NCBI GenBank assembly: GCA_001179505.1
Contig: CDMY01000226.1
Span: 96,211 to 160,210 of the forward strand
Direction of reading: 5' to 3'
Length of the DNA: 64,000 nucleotides
Source of the DNA: Vitrella brassicaformis CCMP3155
Lineage: Eukaryota > Protista > Chromerida
Positions 1 to 12,433 of this stretch are shown in pieces. Below the pieces are notes generated by a model. The model did no database searches, had not been told where the DNA came from, and saw only the letters and a program-made list of their open reading frames with translations. Numbering within the stretch: the first letter of the stretch is position 1; each line of letters begins with the position of its first letter. The translations under genes were made by a program, and so were the position numbers.

Positions 1-2922
1 TTCTCGAGGGCGGGCACGGGATCAGGCTCAGCAGGGCAGACACCGGCAGCAGCAGCTGCGCTGGGAGGATGGACGGCGACAAGGGTTGATTTTGGAGGTG
101 ACATTGGCACCACACCCTTTGCAGACAAGGCTCCGGACGGCGGAGTTGAGGGCGTAAGGCTGATGTTGTCGTCTCTTAGCGGGGAGACGGCCAGCGCCTG
201 CTCTCTTCCTCTTGCAGAAGCCGGCTGCCTATCTTTGTCTGGTTCAGTCCATAGCTCCTCCTTCTGTTGTCGTGCTGTGAGGGCAAGCTGCTGCTCGAGG
301 GCTCGTACACGGCCTGAGAGCTCCTCTCGCTCTTTGGTTAAGCTCTCGAGCTGCCGCGTCAGGTCCTGGTTTTCCCGCCTCAAGTAGTCTGCCCTCGCAT
401 CAGCCGGTTCCTCACCCATCGACAGCTCTACTAAGCGTTTTTGTTGCAGCCACTCTGTCCCCTCTTTGGCCGGTTGGCGGGGGCGCTGGGTGAGTGTCAC
501 GGATGTCGAGTGCGTTGTCACCGGTGTGGCCTTGATCTGCTCTTTCAGCTGGCGCTTCTCCATGTGTGCCTGCTCGAGCTCTGCTTGCAGCCTTCGCACG
601 TGTGCTGTGGCATCGTTGAGCTCGCGGGCGGCTCTCTCTGCGGACGAGTCGTGCATGGTCGCCTCATTATTGAGTCTCCGCACTTGGTCTTCAAGGGCTT
701 CATTCTCGCGTTGCTGTTCCTTAGCCTCCTGCTCCAGCGCTTCATTCTTCCTCTCTAGCATCTCGGCGTCTTTTCGCAGCAGATCAAGTTTGCGGACGGC
801 GTCATACAACGTCTCCAAGTCTTCTGGGTCCACACGCTCGTCCTGAACACAGAGGGTCTGCACATGAAGTGGGTGCGTCCGTGCAGCGTCTGCCCACCTT
901 CTTCTCAGGGGCGGTGATCTCGGAAGACAGGCGTCGGATCTCGTCGTCCTTTTGCTGGGTCTCTGCCGTGAGCCTCGCATTGAGAGTCTCAAGCTGAGCC
1001 ACCCTTTTGAGCATTTCAGCATGGGCCTCCTGCTGAGACCGCGATAACGCAGACAGGGCGGTGTCGGCCACCAGCCTTTTGGCCTCCAGCTGCGCCGTCA
1101 GTCTCTTTTCTTCCTCCCTGGCCGTGAAAAAGCCTTGATTGTCATCCGAAACGACACTTGCACGCTTAAGCTCTGTCCTAAGTCGTTCACATTCTTCGTA
1201 TGTTTTTTGTTGCTCCATGCTCAGCCGCCTGTTTTCTGTCTTGAGTGAATCCATACCCTCGTCAAGACTGTCCACTGTCCTCTTCAGCTCTTCTGCGTTT
1301 GATACTCGTGATTTGATGAGCCGAATGAGGTCGTTCTTGAGAGTCAGCTCCCGGCGTAGATCCTCAATCTCTCGTCGCTCGAGATTGAGGTCCTCATTTT
1401 CTCGCGCTATCTGGCGCACAGTCGTGAAGAAGGATTGCAGCGACCGCTGAGACACCAGTTTGCCGCTGCCACGCCTTTCTGCCAGGTCCAGGTCTGATGT
1501 CAGCTGCCGTTCGAATTGCCGCACTGTCTCCCCAAAAGCGCCTGCCGCCTCTCCGCTTCGTACTCCATGCCCTTTCGTCAACCAGGCAATCTCCCGCTCC
1601 TTCGCGTCCTTCTCGTGTCTCAGCGTCTGCACCTCAGCGCGGAGTGAATCCACCATGTTCCTTATCTCATTCTCGCCGTCGTCCCTCTGCTGCACGGTGG
1701 ATGTGCCGTCTTCAGCAGCCGACTCACATGACTCGAAGGACGGCGCACGGGGGAGAGGGGCTGGCTGCGATGCTGCCGCCAGCCGCTTCTCCAGTGCCTC
1801 AACCTTTTCCTTGAGTCTTCGAGCCTCGTCGTGCCGAGTCACGCTCTCTTCCCAAAGCTTGGCGTTTGCTGCCTGCAGCTCTTTTTTGGTCTCGAGCAGT
1901 CCTTCGTTTTGCTTGACAAGCTGCTCCAATTCGTTTCTCAGCGCTTGGATCGGCTCACCGACGGGCTCGTGGTTGGTACTCACCGTTTGGGAAAGAGGCG
2001 TGTCCCTTCGGGGGACACTTGCTCGAGTGGGTGGCGGGCTGAAGCTGCTGGGAGATGGCGATCCCATGCCCTCCAGCAGCTGATTCTTCTCATCAAGCTC
2101 TGACCGCAGCTGGTGAATCTCGCGCTTCAGAGCAATCCGCTCTTTCTCTCCCTGCCGAAGCTCATGATTCTCGGCAACCAACCGTTCTACGGTGTGGTTA
2201 AGAGCCGACAGAGTCTGCTCTCCGCCAACCGGACTCGCACCGCTTGTCCTGGCTGTGTCGTGCAGAGCCAATTCCAGCTGACGAAATCGGTGAGAAAGGT
2301 TGTCATAATCCTGCTTGAGCTCAGTATTGACCTCGACCCTGGTTTTCTGCGTCTCCAGCTCTTTCCTGAGCTGCTCGATGAGTCTGTCGCGGTCGGCGAG
2401 GGCGGCTGAGGCCTTTGAGTCATCTGCCATCCTTGGGTGTCGTGCAGCAGAGGATGGCGACTCCAGTACCGACTGGGCAGGCGACTCCAGCTGGCTTCTG
2501 CCTTCATCCTTGACCCTCAGAGTCTGCGCAAGAAGATGAGCTTCTCTTGTGTCTGCTTGCGGGGTGAGGCTTGGGGGAAGAGACGCCGGTTGTTGAGGAC
2601 CGTCCAGGTGAAAGAGAGTCCCCAAGATGTATAGGCGGCAATCGGCCAGAACCGACACGACCTCGTTGAGAGCATCTCGAGTCCGCACATCGGCATGGCC
2701 GATGGCAGACACGACTCTCCCAAGCGCGTCAACCGACCGATTGACAGCTTGTGAGATGCGCTGCGGGTCATCTGCGCAACAAACAATGGCAGAAAGCCGT
2801 GCAAAGGGAGCTCTTTTTGTGGCTTGGCTGACCGAGAGGGGAAGTAGAAGCAACCACAATGTCATGCTGCGAACACGGGAAACAGTTGGGCGGCCCTTTG
2901 CATGATGTGTGCCCTTTTCCAT
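1..2922 (-). CDS. Long coiled-coil protein of unknown function, running off the left edge of the window
   Basis: The 706-aa ORF 802..2922 is rich in E/K/R/L heptads. A 55-nt GT-AG intron (843-897) after ...APEKK rejoins an open frame DERVDPEDLETLYDAVRKL... that stays open to position 1. The start is uncertain (ATG 2922, or ATG 2865 giving MTLWLLLLPLSVSQA). Confidence 0.75.
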
Positions 2923-3117
2923 ACCGGTTGCCCCTGTGGGCGGGAGGGGCTCCCGAAATGGCCCTCATGCTCAGCTCGTGGGGCAGCTGCAGCTGGAGCT
3001 CCCTTCTGCAATGCACCGATACAAACTGGCATGATGGCTGGAAACCATTCTTACCTACCGATGGTGATTTTGGATGTTTCATCTGCTTGCGCTTTGAGAG
3101 TGAGCTTGCTCAGCTTC

Positions 3118-3127
3118 AAGCTCGCAA
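3118..3127. promoter_or_regulatory. Shared bidirectional-promoter motif (AAGCTCGCAA)
   Basis: Lies between the divergent coiled-coil and PFK genes. The same octamer occurs in the four other divergent gaps. Confidence 0.6.
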
Positions 3128-3278
3128 GTGTTGCCTCTCTGGCAAGAGGGGGAGGAAGCACAAGTACCTCACCGCTGACTCGGCTGGCGCAGATCCACGC
3201 TTGTCTGAGGCAGCGCCGCGGAGATCCCTTTGATTGATTCATCCTGTGCAGGGACTTCGTTGGGTTGGTCTCACCAAG

Positions 3279-6200
3279 ATGCACGAAGAGTTCGAGGTGG
3301 GTAGCAGGTTCACAGCACAGAGAGGTCAGATCATTCAGATCAGTGCAGCAGTGACTCATCACTTGCCTCCTTCCTGCGTGTGTGCCTGTGGGTGTCCTGT
3401 TCGCTGCAGAAGCTGAAGCCGGTGCGGGCCGGCACGATGAACATGAATCTATCGGACGACAAGGCGTTCGGCATGTTCGGGCCGCCCAAGCGGATGTCAT
3501 CCCTGTCGGTGCTGCTGCAGGACAACAGAGAGCTGCTGGCCGTAGGCGAGGAGGAAGGGTCGCCGCAAGCGGCACACGACCGCCGCAGGGCTGTTCGGGA
3601 GGAGTCGCCAGGGACGCCTCAGTACGACTCCGGGCGGGAGAGCCCTCAGCAGCGGTTGACGGGCCACCCGTCGCTGGTGGACCCATTCATGATGCGGAAC
3701 CAAAAGAGGATCCACATGCACTCGGCCGACCTGCAGGACACCTTCTCTCCCGTCCAGAAAGAGCGCCAGCGGTGGAAGCCCTCCCTTCCCACCGCACTCA
3801 AGTCACTCCACGATGTGTCATTCACCGAGGAGGAGCTCACCGAACTGCCGCAGCAGGACACCGAGGCCCTCAAGGCGGACTTCCCAGTCACCTTCGGCCA
3901 GCCATACGTGGAACTCACACACGGCCATGCAGGAGGTGGGTGAGCGAGTCAAGCGACACACACACCAGATTTTAATGGCATCGAACTAGCTACTTACTGT
4001 GTTGGTGTGCTGCGCCCGTGTGCCCGTTCGTCAGGTCACAAGGATCGTCGTCCGTTGCGTGTAGGCCTCGTGCTTTCCGGCGGCCCCGCCCCCGGCGGCC
4101 ACAACGTCATCGCGGGTGTGTATGATTTCATCCACAAGTGGCACCCTGACTCACAGTTCTTCGGCTTCATGGGAGGCGTTGACGGCATCTTCGCCTCAAA
4201 GTACAAGGTAGGTCGGTCAGAGGCACACTTGTGCCGAGTACGCAAGTGTATGCATTCATTCATTCTGCGATGGTTCCTCTGTGTCGATTGGCAGCACGTG
4301 ATGGCCGGTGAGATGGACCGCTTTCGCAACCAGGGAGGCTTTGACATGCTGTGGTCGGGGAGAGGGAAAGTGAGAAACGATGAGGACAAAGCCAGAGCCG
4401 TGGAGGTATACATAGGCACACAGCACCTGAGGACAGCATAGCATGTCCGATTCATATTGATCACTTTGGCTGGCTTTGTGTGAGTAGGTGTGCCGTCGGC
4501 TGGATCTGCACGGGCTGATCGTTGTGGGCGGCGACGGTTCCAACAGCAACGCGGCCCTCCTGGCTGAGCACTTTGGTTCGGCGCTGCCCCAGTGCGCCGT
4601 CATTGGTGTGCCAAAGACAATCGACGGTGACCTCAAGAATGCGGTATGTGCACATGGAGCTTACAGCGACCTGCAGTGACGGCTGGATGTGTGGTGTGGC
4701 TGCAGGTGGTTGAGACGTCATTCGGCTTCGATACGGCGGCAAAGGTCTACTCGGAGCTGATCGGCAACCTCTGCACCGACCTCAGCACAGCGCAGCACTA
4801 TTACCATTTCGTCCGTGTGATGGGCCGTTCTGCGAGTCATTTGGTGCTCGAGTGCGCCATGCAGACGCGGCCGAACATGGTCTTCATCGGAGAGGAAGTC
4901 GAGGCCAAAAACATCGGCCTGTCGGTGAGCAGGTGCACGAAGATCGGCGGACACGTGTGCAGCTGACCGTTATGCGTTGTCATCTGTGTGTGCGTCTGCA
5001 CTGCAGGAGATCGTCGACAGTGTGATCGATTTGATCGTCAGGAGGGCTGCCATGGTGAGCAAAGCGAAGGCCTGCCTCCATAGCTGGCTGCATCCATCCA
5101 CTCGTACCTACCTGGTACGTGTCCATCCTCCTTTTGCTTGTCTGTCTTGTCTTCAGGGGAAGCACTACGGCATCGTGCTTGTGCCTGAGGGTCAGTCAGT
5201 CCAGTCTGGCAGGGCAGCACAGACAGCCATTCTCGCCTCCAACACAACACACACATGTACTGTACGCAACGCATGCTATGCTTCCTGCATGCGTGTATGC
5301 AGGGTTGATCGAGTTCATTCCCGAGATGAAAGTGCTCATTGGTGACCTCAATCGAGTCCTCAAGGAGGGGGTACACACACACACCAACACACCAACACAC
5401 ACGATCACGATGATAAGCAGGTCATGTTCTGATGCTGTCTGCCTGTCGGTCCGTCCCCATTTCTGTTTGGGTGGCCACTCAGGATTTCGACAGGAAGCGT
5501 CTATCTCCGCAGGCGGCCAAGGTGTGGGACTTCCTGCCTGAGAGCATCCAGGAGCAGCTCCTCCTGGACAGAGAGGCCTCTGGCTACATACAAGTAAGGA
5601 AGGTCACACACGCGCACAGACAGACAGACAGACAGACAGCAAATGAGCCAGCCGACAGACATGACCTCTCACTGATTGTGTCTGTCTGTCTGTCTTGTGC
5701 CTTCCTTTTGTCGCATTGCATGGCAGGTTGCCAAGATCGCCACTGAGCGCCTGCTGATTCTGCTCGTCCAGCAGGAGCTGGAGCGCCGCAACATCATGCC
5801 AGACTTCACTGTGATGCCCCACTACTTTGGCTACGAGGGCCGCTGTGCCATGCCGTCAAACTTCGATGCCAACTACTGCTACGCACTGGGACAGACAGCA
5901 GGTGAGAAAACGCATTATGTGTAATGACACGATGAGCTCTATACGATGTGCCTCTCCTTCAGGCGCGCTGATCATGAACAACAAGAACGGCTATATGTCC
6001 GTGGTCCGGTACGCCGACCATCCCACACACACACACACACTCCCTCTGTGTGTGATGTGTGAGTGTAAGCGTGTGTCTTGACTCCCAGTGATTTGTACAA
6101 GCATCCGCGGGAGTGGCGTCCGGCGGGCTGCCCGCTGACTCGAATGATGAAGGTCATCAGCGACGGCAAGAGCACTTTCCCGGGCGTCGAGCGGCGGCTG

Positions 6201-9200
6201 GTCGAGCTCGACAGCCCGCTCTTCAAAGTCCTCGACCAAGTCCGCGATGTCTGGGCCACTGAGGACGTCTACAGATCCCCGGGGCCCATCCAATTCGAGG
6301 GCCCTGTCGCCGACCTGGCCAACTACGCCGTAGCTGTGCCAACGAAGGTGCGACAGATAGACAGAAACAAAACACACGTACCCTTTAAGAAAGCATGCCA
6401 CCTGTTGTCCATGTGACTGGCCGACCTACACTGCAGGAGGAGCTGACATACCCGTCGTGCGACAACCGTGCCTGCAAGAAGGCGGCCTTCCACAAGTCGC
6501 TGGATTGGCTGTCGTCGCTGCAGCGATGGCGGGTGACGATAAGGCCGACCATCCCCGCACTCTGCTCGGACATGAAGGCGCGTGCGCGGCAGACCGACCA
6601 GTACATCCCCAAGGACCCATACACACTCAAGCAGACACTCGTGCACTACCCACACCTCTCAAACAGGTCAATCAATGATACTGCCTGCAGCAGTGAACTC
6701 GCAGACAGCTAGCGCCATCAAGATTGTTTGTGTGCGCTCCCCTCCCTCTCGTCCCTTTCTTTGTTTCTCCCTTCAGGCATCAGTTTTACATTCAGGAGAT
6801 GCAGCACGACAAGTACACTCCCCCCATCTCCCCCGGTCTGCGGATCGGCGTGGTCTTCATGTCGAGACAGGCGCCGGGCGTCATGAACATCCTCTGGGGT
6901 ATCCACGAGCGCCTCAGGCTCGTGCAGGGCACATGCATCGGCTTCTACGGGCTCAACGGGCTGCTCGACTGCAAGTTCTGCGAACTGGAAGAGGACGATC
7001 TCGCCCCATACGTCAACATGGGAGGCATGGAGATCCTCGGCAGGTAGGTGAGATACACTGATTGATGCCTGGATACTCCCGTAGGCTCCGTGCGGCCCGG
7101 CCCGCTGATTATTGATTTCCCTCTGTGCGTCCGGCAGGTCGCTGAGTCACTCGTTGATGCACACAGAGTGCCAGGAGAAGGCGCGCAAGACGTGCGCGGT
7201 AAGCGAGCAGGGTAGAGAGCGTGCGACATGCTGAGGGTCCGGGTATGCTTTGTCGTTGTGTTGGCTGCACTGCAGACCCTCTATCTTGACGGCCTGGTGC
7301 TGGTGGGTTCAGCCTTTGCCATATCTGAGGCGGCCATGCTCACCGAGTACTTTTTGCTGAAGGGCTGCGGGACGTCTGTGATCGGCATCCCCGCCACTGG
7401 CTCCAACAATGTGAAGCACGAGCTGATCGAATGCTGCATCGGCTTCGACTCCACCAGCAAAGTGTATGCGTCTCTGGTGGGCAACATCCTCACCGACGCT
7501 GCGTCGATGCCCAAGTACTGGCACTTCGTCCGCATCATGGGCAGAGACCCCTCGACGGAGGTCAGGCATCACAGCTTTATGTCCATCCATCCATCCATGT
7601 GCTTCTGTCTGTCTGCCTTTTCGTCAGGTGTTGGAGTGCGCCCTCCAGACTCATCCCAACGTGGTGATCATCGGAGAAGAGTATGGCGCAGCAGACAAGA
7701 CACTCGTCCACATCGTCCAGGTACCTACCTGCCCCCCTCCCCCCCCACCCCCNNNNNNNNNNNNNNNNNNNNNNNNNNNNNNNNNNNNNNNNNNNNNNNN
7801 NNNNNNNNNNNNNNNNNNNNNNNNNNNNNNNNNNNNNNNNNNNNNNNNNNNNNNNNNNNNNNNNNNNNNNNNNNNNNNNNNNNNNNNNNNNNNNNNNNNN
7901 NNNNNNNNNNNNNNNNNNNNNNNNNNNNNNNNNNNNNNNNNNNNNNNNNNNNNNNNNNNNNNNNNNNNNNNNNNNNNNNNNNNNNNNNNNNNNNNNNNNN
8001 NNNNNNNNNNNNNNNNNNNNNNNNNNNNNNNNNNNNNNNNNNNNNNNNNNNNCCCCTCCCTCCCCCACCAAACTCACACATCACCTGCGCATGACACATT
8101 TGCTTAGTGGCTGACAATGGCAACCCTTGTTTGTGTGTCAAACAGGACATAGCTGATGTGGTGGTGAAGCGTGCAGAGATGGGCAAAAACTTCGGCACGG
8201 TGTTGATCCCCGAGGGTCTGCTGTCGCACCTGCCCAACATGCGCAACCTGGTGGCCGAGCTCAACCTGGTGCTCAAGGACATGTCGGACAGCGGCCAGCT
8301 GCGCCAGTTCCAGACCAAGATGGTCCACCTGGAGGAGCTCGACGCATCGGAGCTCAGCACCATCACCGACAAGATAGCCCCCTGGAGCCTCGCACTCTTC
8401 AAGTCCTTCCCCAAATTCATCCGACGCGAGTTCCTGCAGCTCGACATGGGCGAGGTCACAGACACAGAGGGAGGGAACGGCAGCCAGACATGCACACAAC
8501 ACGGGCGCCATGTGAGTGTCTTTCTTGGCCAATCTGTGTCATCAGATGCGGTTCACCCACATCGAGACGGAGCAGTTGCTGCGGCAGATGGTGCAGCAGG
8601 AACTGGAGAAGAGACGGTCATACGGCAGGTCAGTCAGTGGCTGAACCTCAGCTTCCTCGCGGACACCAATGGATGGATGATGCCTGAGACCGACATAGAC
8701 CTGAGAGCTTCTCTGGTCGTGTGTGTCAGGTATAGTGGCAAGTTCCAGGCCGTGACTCACTTCTTTGGCTACCAGGGCCGCTCGTCGATGCCCTCAGAGT
8801 TCGACGCACAGCTCGGCTTCACACATGGGTGAGTGAGTCAGTGAGCGAGTGGGTGGCCCACCCAGATGAGGATCTTAGTGTCTGTGTCATCTCATCTATC
8901 AGCCACCTGGCGGCCATGTGTGTTGAGAGCGGTCTGACGGGCTACCTGACGACTGTGAGAGGACTCTGCGGACCCGCGTCTACATGGAAGATGGGAGCCG
9001 TACCCTTTCCGTGCCTCCTCAAGGTGAGCTAAGCTAGCGACATGAATGACACCACACAGACAGAGCACAGAGACAAGAGGACGGACGATATCTATCGGAG
9101 ATGGATTGTGGTGTGTGTCGTGTGCAGGTTCTGCCCCGGTCAGGCGATGAAGTGAATGTCGTCCTGGAGAATGTGCCCCTCGTCCCCTCAGCTGAGGTCG

Positions 9201-9951
9201 ATCTTGAGGGCAAGGCATTCAGGTCAGTCAGTGTCACACACCATTTGGTTGGCGCAAAACCATGACAGCCTGCCTGCACTCGTGTGGCTCCCTCCCCTGT
9301 CTAACCAGATGGATGAAGAACAGCATCTCCGGGTGGGAGATGGAGGATCGGTTCTGCAACCCGGGGCCCATTCAGTTTAGCGGCAGAGCGGCCTCCTTCT
9401 ACAACCGCATACTGCACGAAGAGCAGGCTGAGTACCTCGAGATGCTCAGACACGTAGAGGCTTACACACAAGTCCTACATGACACATGCCGGTAGGTACA
9501 CAACACAACACACACACCCGCACACAGACAGACAGACAAGGGAGAGGGCCAAACAAATCATCATCATCATCTCGCCCTGCCTCCCTCTCTCCCTGCCTGC
9601 GTGTGTGTCAGCTTTGGTGTGGACGAGAATTTCCTCAAGACGGCGTACGTGACGCTCAACTCCCTGCTGACTCTGCGGTTCCATCCCGACGACGTGCTGT
9701 CTTACGGCATCCCGGTCTCGCAGCACCTGTCGGACCACCACCGCCACGAGGCTCTGAGCAACCAACAGGTGCTCATGGGGGCCCTCCGGGCGGCCAAGTC
9801 AGACCGAGCTCACCTGGTGGGCGACAATGACCGAGAGGAGAGCCGCGAACTCTACGACGAGCGCAAGTTCCTCCCGGCCAACGGCAAGCGGCCGCACGGG
9901 GGACAGACAGCCATCGGGCTGTCGCCGGCAAACACTCGGGGCATTCGCTAG
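3279..9951 (+). CDS. PFK: Phosphofructokinase of the PPi-PFK (long) family, with catalytic beta half fused to a degenerate alpha half as in apicomplexans; roughly 20 introns
   Basis: Spliced motifs include [66 protein letters not shown] and HYFGYEGRC. The second half has degenerate equivalents ([34 protein letters not shown]). A short first exon MHEEFE starts at ATG 3279 and the stop is TAG 9949-9951. One intron contains an N gap. Confidence 0.95.
7753..8052. other. Assembly gap (300 N); similar gaps at 14365-14664, 23428-23727 and 60175-60474
   Basis: Runs of N, each abutting a poly-C or poly-G tract. Confidence 0.99.
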
Positions 9952-11374
9952 ACAGACAGACACACAGACAAAACAATGTCAGTCGCCGGCTTTTGTAGTT
10001 GGTAGGCACTTCCCAGAGCAGGGGGACCGGGAGACGGGCAGGGGGCCGCTCTGGCTGGGCGTGTGTGTGTGTGTGTGTTGTGTGGATGTGTTGTGGCAGC
10101 TTTATGACAGCCCGACCGTCCTTCGTGTGTACGTGTGCGTGTGCGTCAGGCCAGGCCTTTTTCATCTGGCAACTACTAACACACTTTGTATGGCCTGCCT
10201 GCCTGTCTGCCTGTCTGCGCGCATCCCATCATGCGGGCGGGAATGCTCCCCTTTTTGCAGCCAGCCGCCGACACAATTAGTGCTGGGAGGAAGCATGGCC
10301 GGAAGGTCTTTCTGCAGTTTTGGGAACGTAGCTATCGATGAGTGTGTGATTGACTGAGAGGGCTATGAGAGACGTGTGGTGAAGTGTACTCTACCTGCTA
10401 CCTGGATGGCGACGTCTGCTTGCCCGTGGGGAGCAGCCATCGATCGCCTTTTATCATATATGCTGGCTGCTCGTCACATCACGTGCTGTGTGCGCACGGG
10501 AGGGACCTTTCTTGTCGCATAGCGCGGTTTCAACCATGACAGACAGCACATACATCGTTCTCTCAGCCTTTAGATAGCGAGTCCATCCCTTCATCCATCC
10601 CATTTCTTATCGAACAAAGTCCAGTCAGTCCCAAGGGGTAATATCCAGCAGCAACATGCAGCCAGCTGTACACTCACCCACCACACACGGACATGCACAC
10701 CCAAGCAGGTAGGGTAGGCGGAGGCAGTGAGGCCGCTCCACGCAGCCATCGACTGCCTGGACGAGCCATGCCTATGAATTGTGTCGTGTCGTGTCGTGTC
10801 GTGCCGCGTCGTGTTGTTTGTCCGAACGAACAGCAAACCAAAAAGGGATTCCGGTGCGTCGACGCTGCCCCCCATCCCTCCCCTCCTGCCGCTGTGCTGT
10901 CCGCATCGATGGACAGACAGTACAACGGGGGGAAACAAGACAGACAGACAGACAGCAAAGCAGTGGAGAAGACCCAAGCAAAGACATACACATTCAGATA
11001 CATCGACTGCCGAGTCCGTGTACACCATCAACTCATCCCTCCCGCCCGGCCACATCCTCCCATCCCCAGCAGTCCATCCACCCACCCGTGTGTCAATCGG
11101 CCCTTACACAGACAGACATGTATGGCCCGGCCCCCTCTATAAACAAGTACACACAACAGACGGACGGACGGACGGACGGACAGACCGACCGGCCGACCGA
11201 CCGACCGACCGACCGACCGATGTGTGACTCACGGTGGGCACCTCCCTCACCTGTACACCACTGAAAAAAGTTGCACGCACACACGACACGCACCTGTGTG
11301 TGTGATGGGGTGCGGCCTGTGTGCGTGCGTTGCGACAGCCCCCCCACCCCCCCTGCTGTGTGGTGTTGGTCTGT

Positions 11375-12310
11375 CTAGCCAGTCAGAACGACGGTCTTGC
11401 TGGGGTCCTTGGTGCGGTGGGCCTTCAGACCAGCGGTGCTCGGCAGGCGTGTCTTCTCGAGCTGCTCCTCGGCCACAGCAGCCTCAGTGTTGTCTATCTG
11501 CTGCACAACAGGCTGTGGGGCAGCAGGCGCCTCCTCGATGGTGGGATCACGGTCCTCTTGCTCGCGAGGCTGCTGCTCCTGCTGTGGTTGCTGCTGGTGC
11601 AGGCGGGGGACTGTGATGGTGAGCAACCCGTTGGCGTCAGCCGATGCAAGCACGCCCTGACCTCCCGTGCAGCCGCAGTCTGCGTCACGAGGCAGCTGAA
11701 CACACACACACACACTCTCCTCACCGTTTTATCAGCGCCCCTCTCTGCCTCCCTGCTAACCTGCTCGACGATCTCGAGGATGGAGAGGGAGCCGCCCATG
11801 GCGTCACCGTCGTTGCTGGCGTAGCGGATCCGCAGCATCTTGTCGTGCGACACGGCCACATCCACGTCCTTGTCGTCCACCACACCCGAGCTGCCCACAG
11901 GCAGCTGAATCTGGTATGTGTAGGCCTGGGGGGTCTCGTCGATCAGAGAGAGAGAAGGCACGGAGCCGCGGAAGGCGAAGGGCGAGTGACGGAGGCCGAT
12001 GTTCATGTCCAGGAGGGGTGTGATGGACAGCCGGGGCATCCGGAGGCGGTCCAGGCTGAGCAGAGAAGGCAGCTGCACCGTCAGCTCATCCACGTCGCTG
12101 AATATCGACCTGACGCACAACAGAACACAGCGAACAGGCAGTTCGGGTGTGTACGGTAGGTACGTGAGAACAAGTCCACTCTGTGTGTGGCCAGCACCTG
12201 AAGCTGTCCATGGGGGAGGAGAAGACTGACTTGAGCTGCGCGCTCCGGGCGGCATCGCGCGAGGCGAAGCACGCACCAGCGAGGGACAGCAGAACAAACG
12301 CACGCATCAT
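11375..12310 (-). CDS. Small heat-shock protein (HSP20/alpha-crystallin domain) with N-terminal signal peptide; 3 exons
   Basis: Starts MMRAFVLLSLAGACFA. Core is ...YTYQIQLPVG...DVDVAVSHDKMLRIR...LEIVEQ|LPRDAD...ASADANGLLTITVPR, matching the HSP20 LPxxxD and NGxLxIxVP signatures. The intron 11696-11760 restores the frame. Confidence 0.8.
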
Positions 12311-12374
12311 CTTCACTTTTGTGTGTCCGAGAATCGTGTCTTGCCTGTTGAGATTCGTGAAACGCACTTTTTCC

Positions 12375-12382
12375 AGCTCGCA
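12375..12382. promoter_or_regulatory. Shared bidirectional-promoter motif (AGCTCGCA)
   Basis: In the 123-bp gap between the HSP20 and Tra2-like start codons. Confidence 0.6.
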
Positions 12383-12433
12383 TCGGGAGCTCGAGCTGGA
12401 GGCGAAGAGGGTAGGTGTAGAGCTGTGTGTGTA

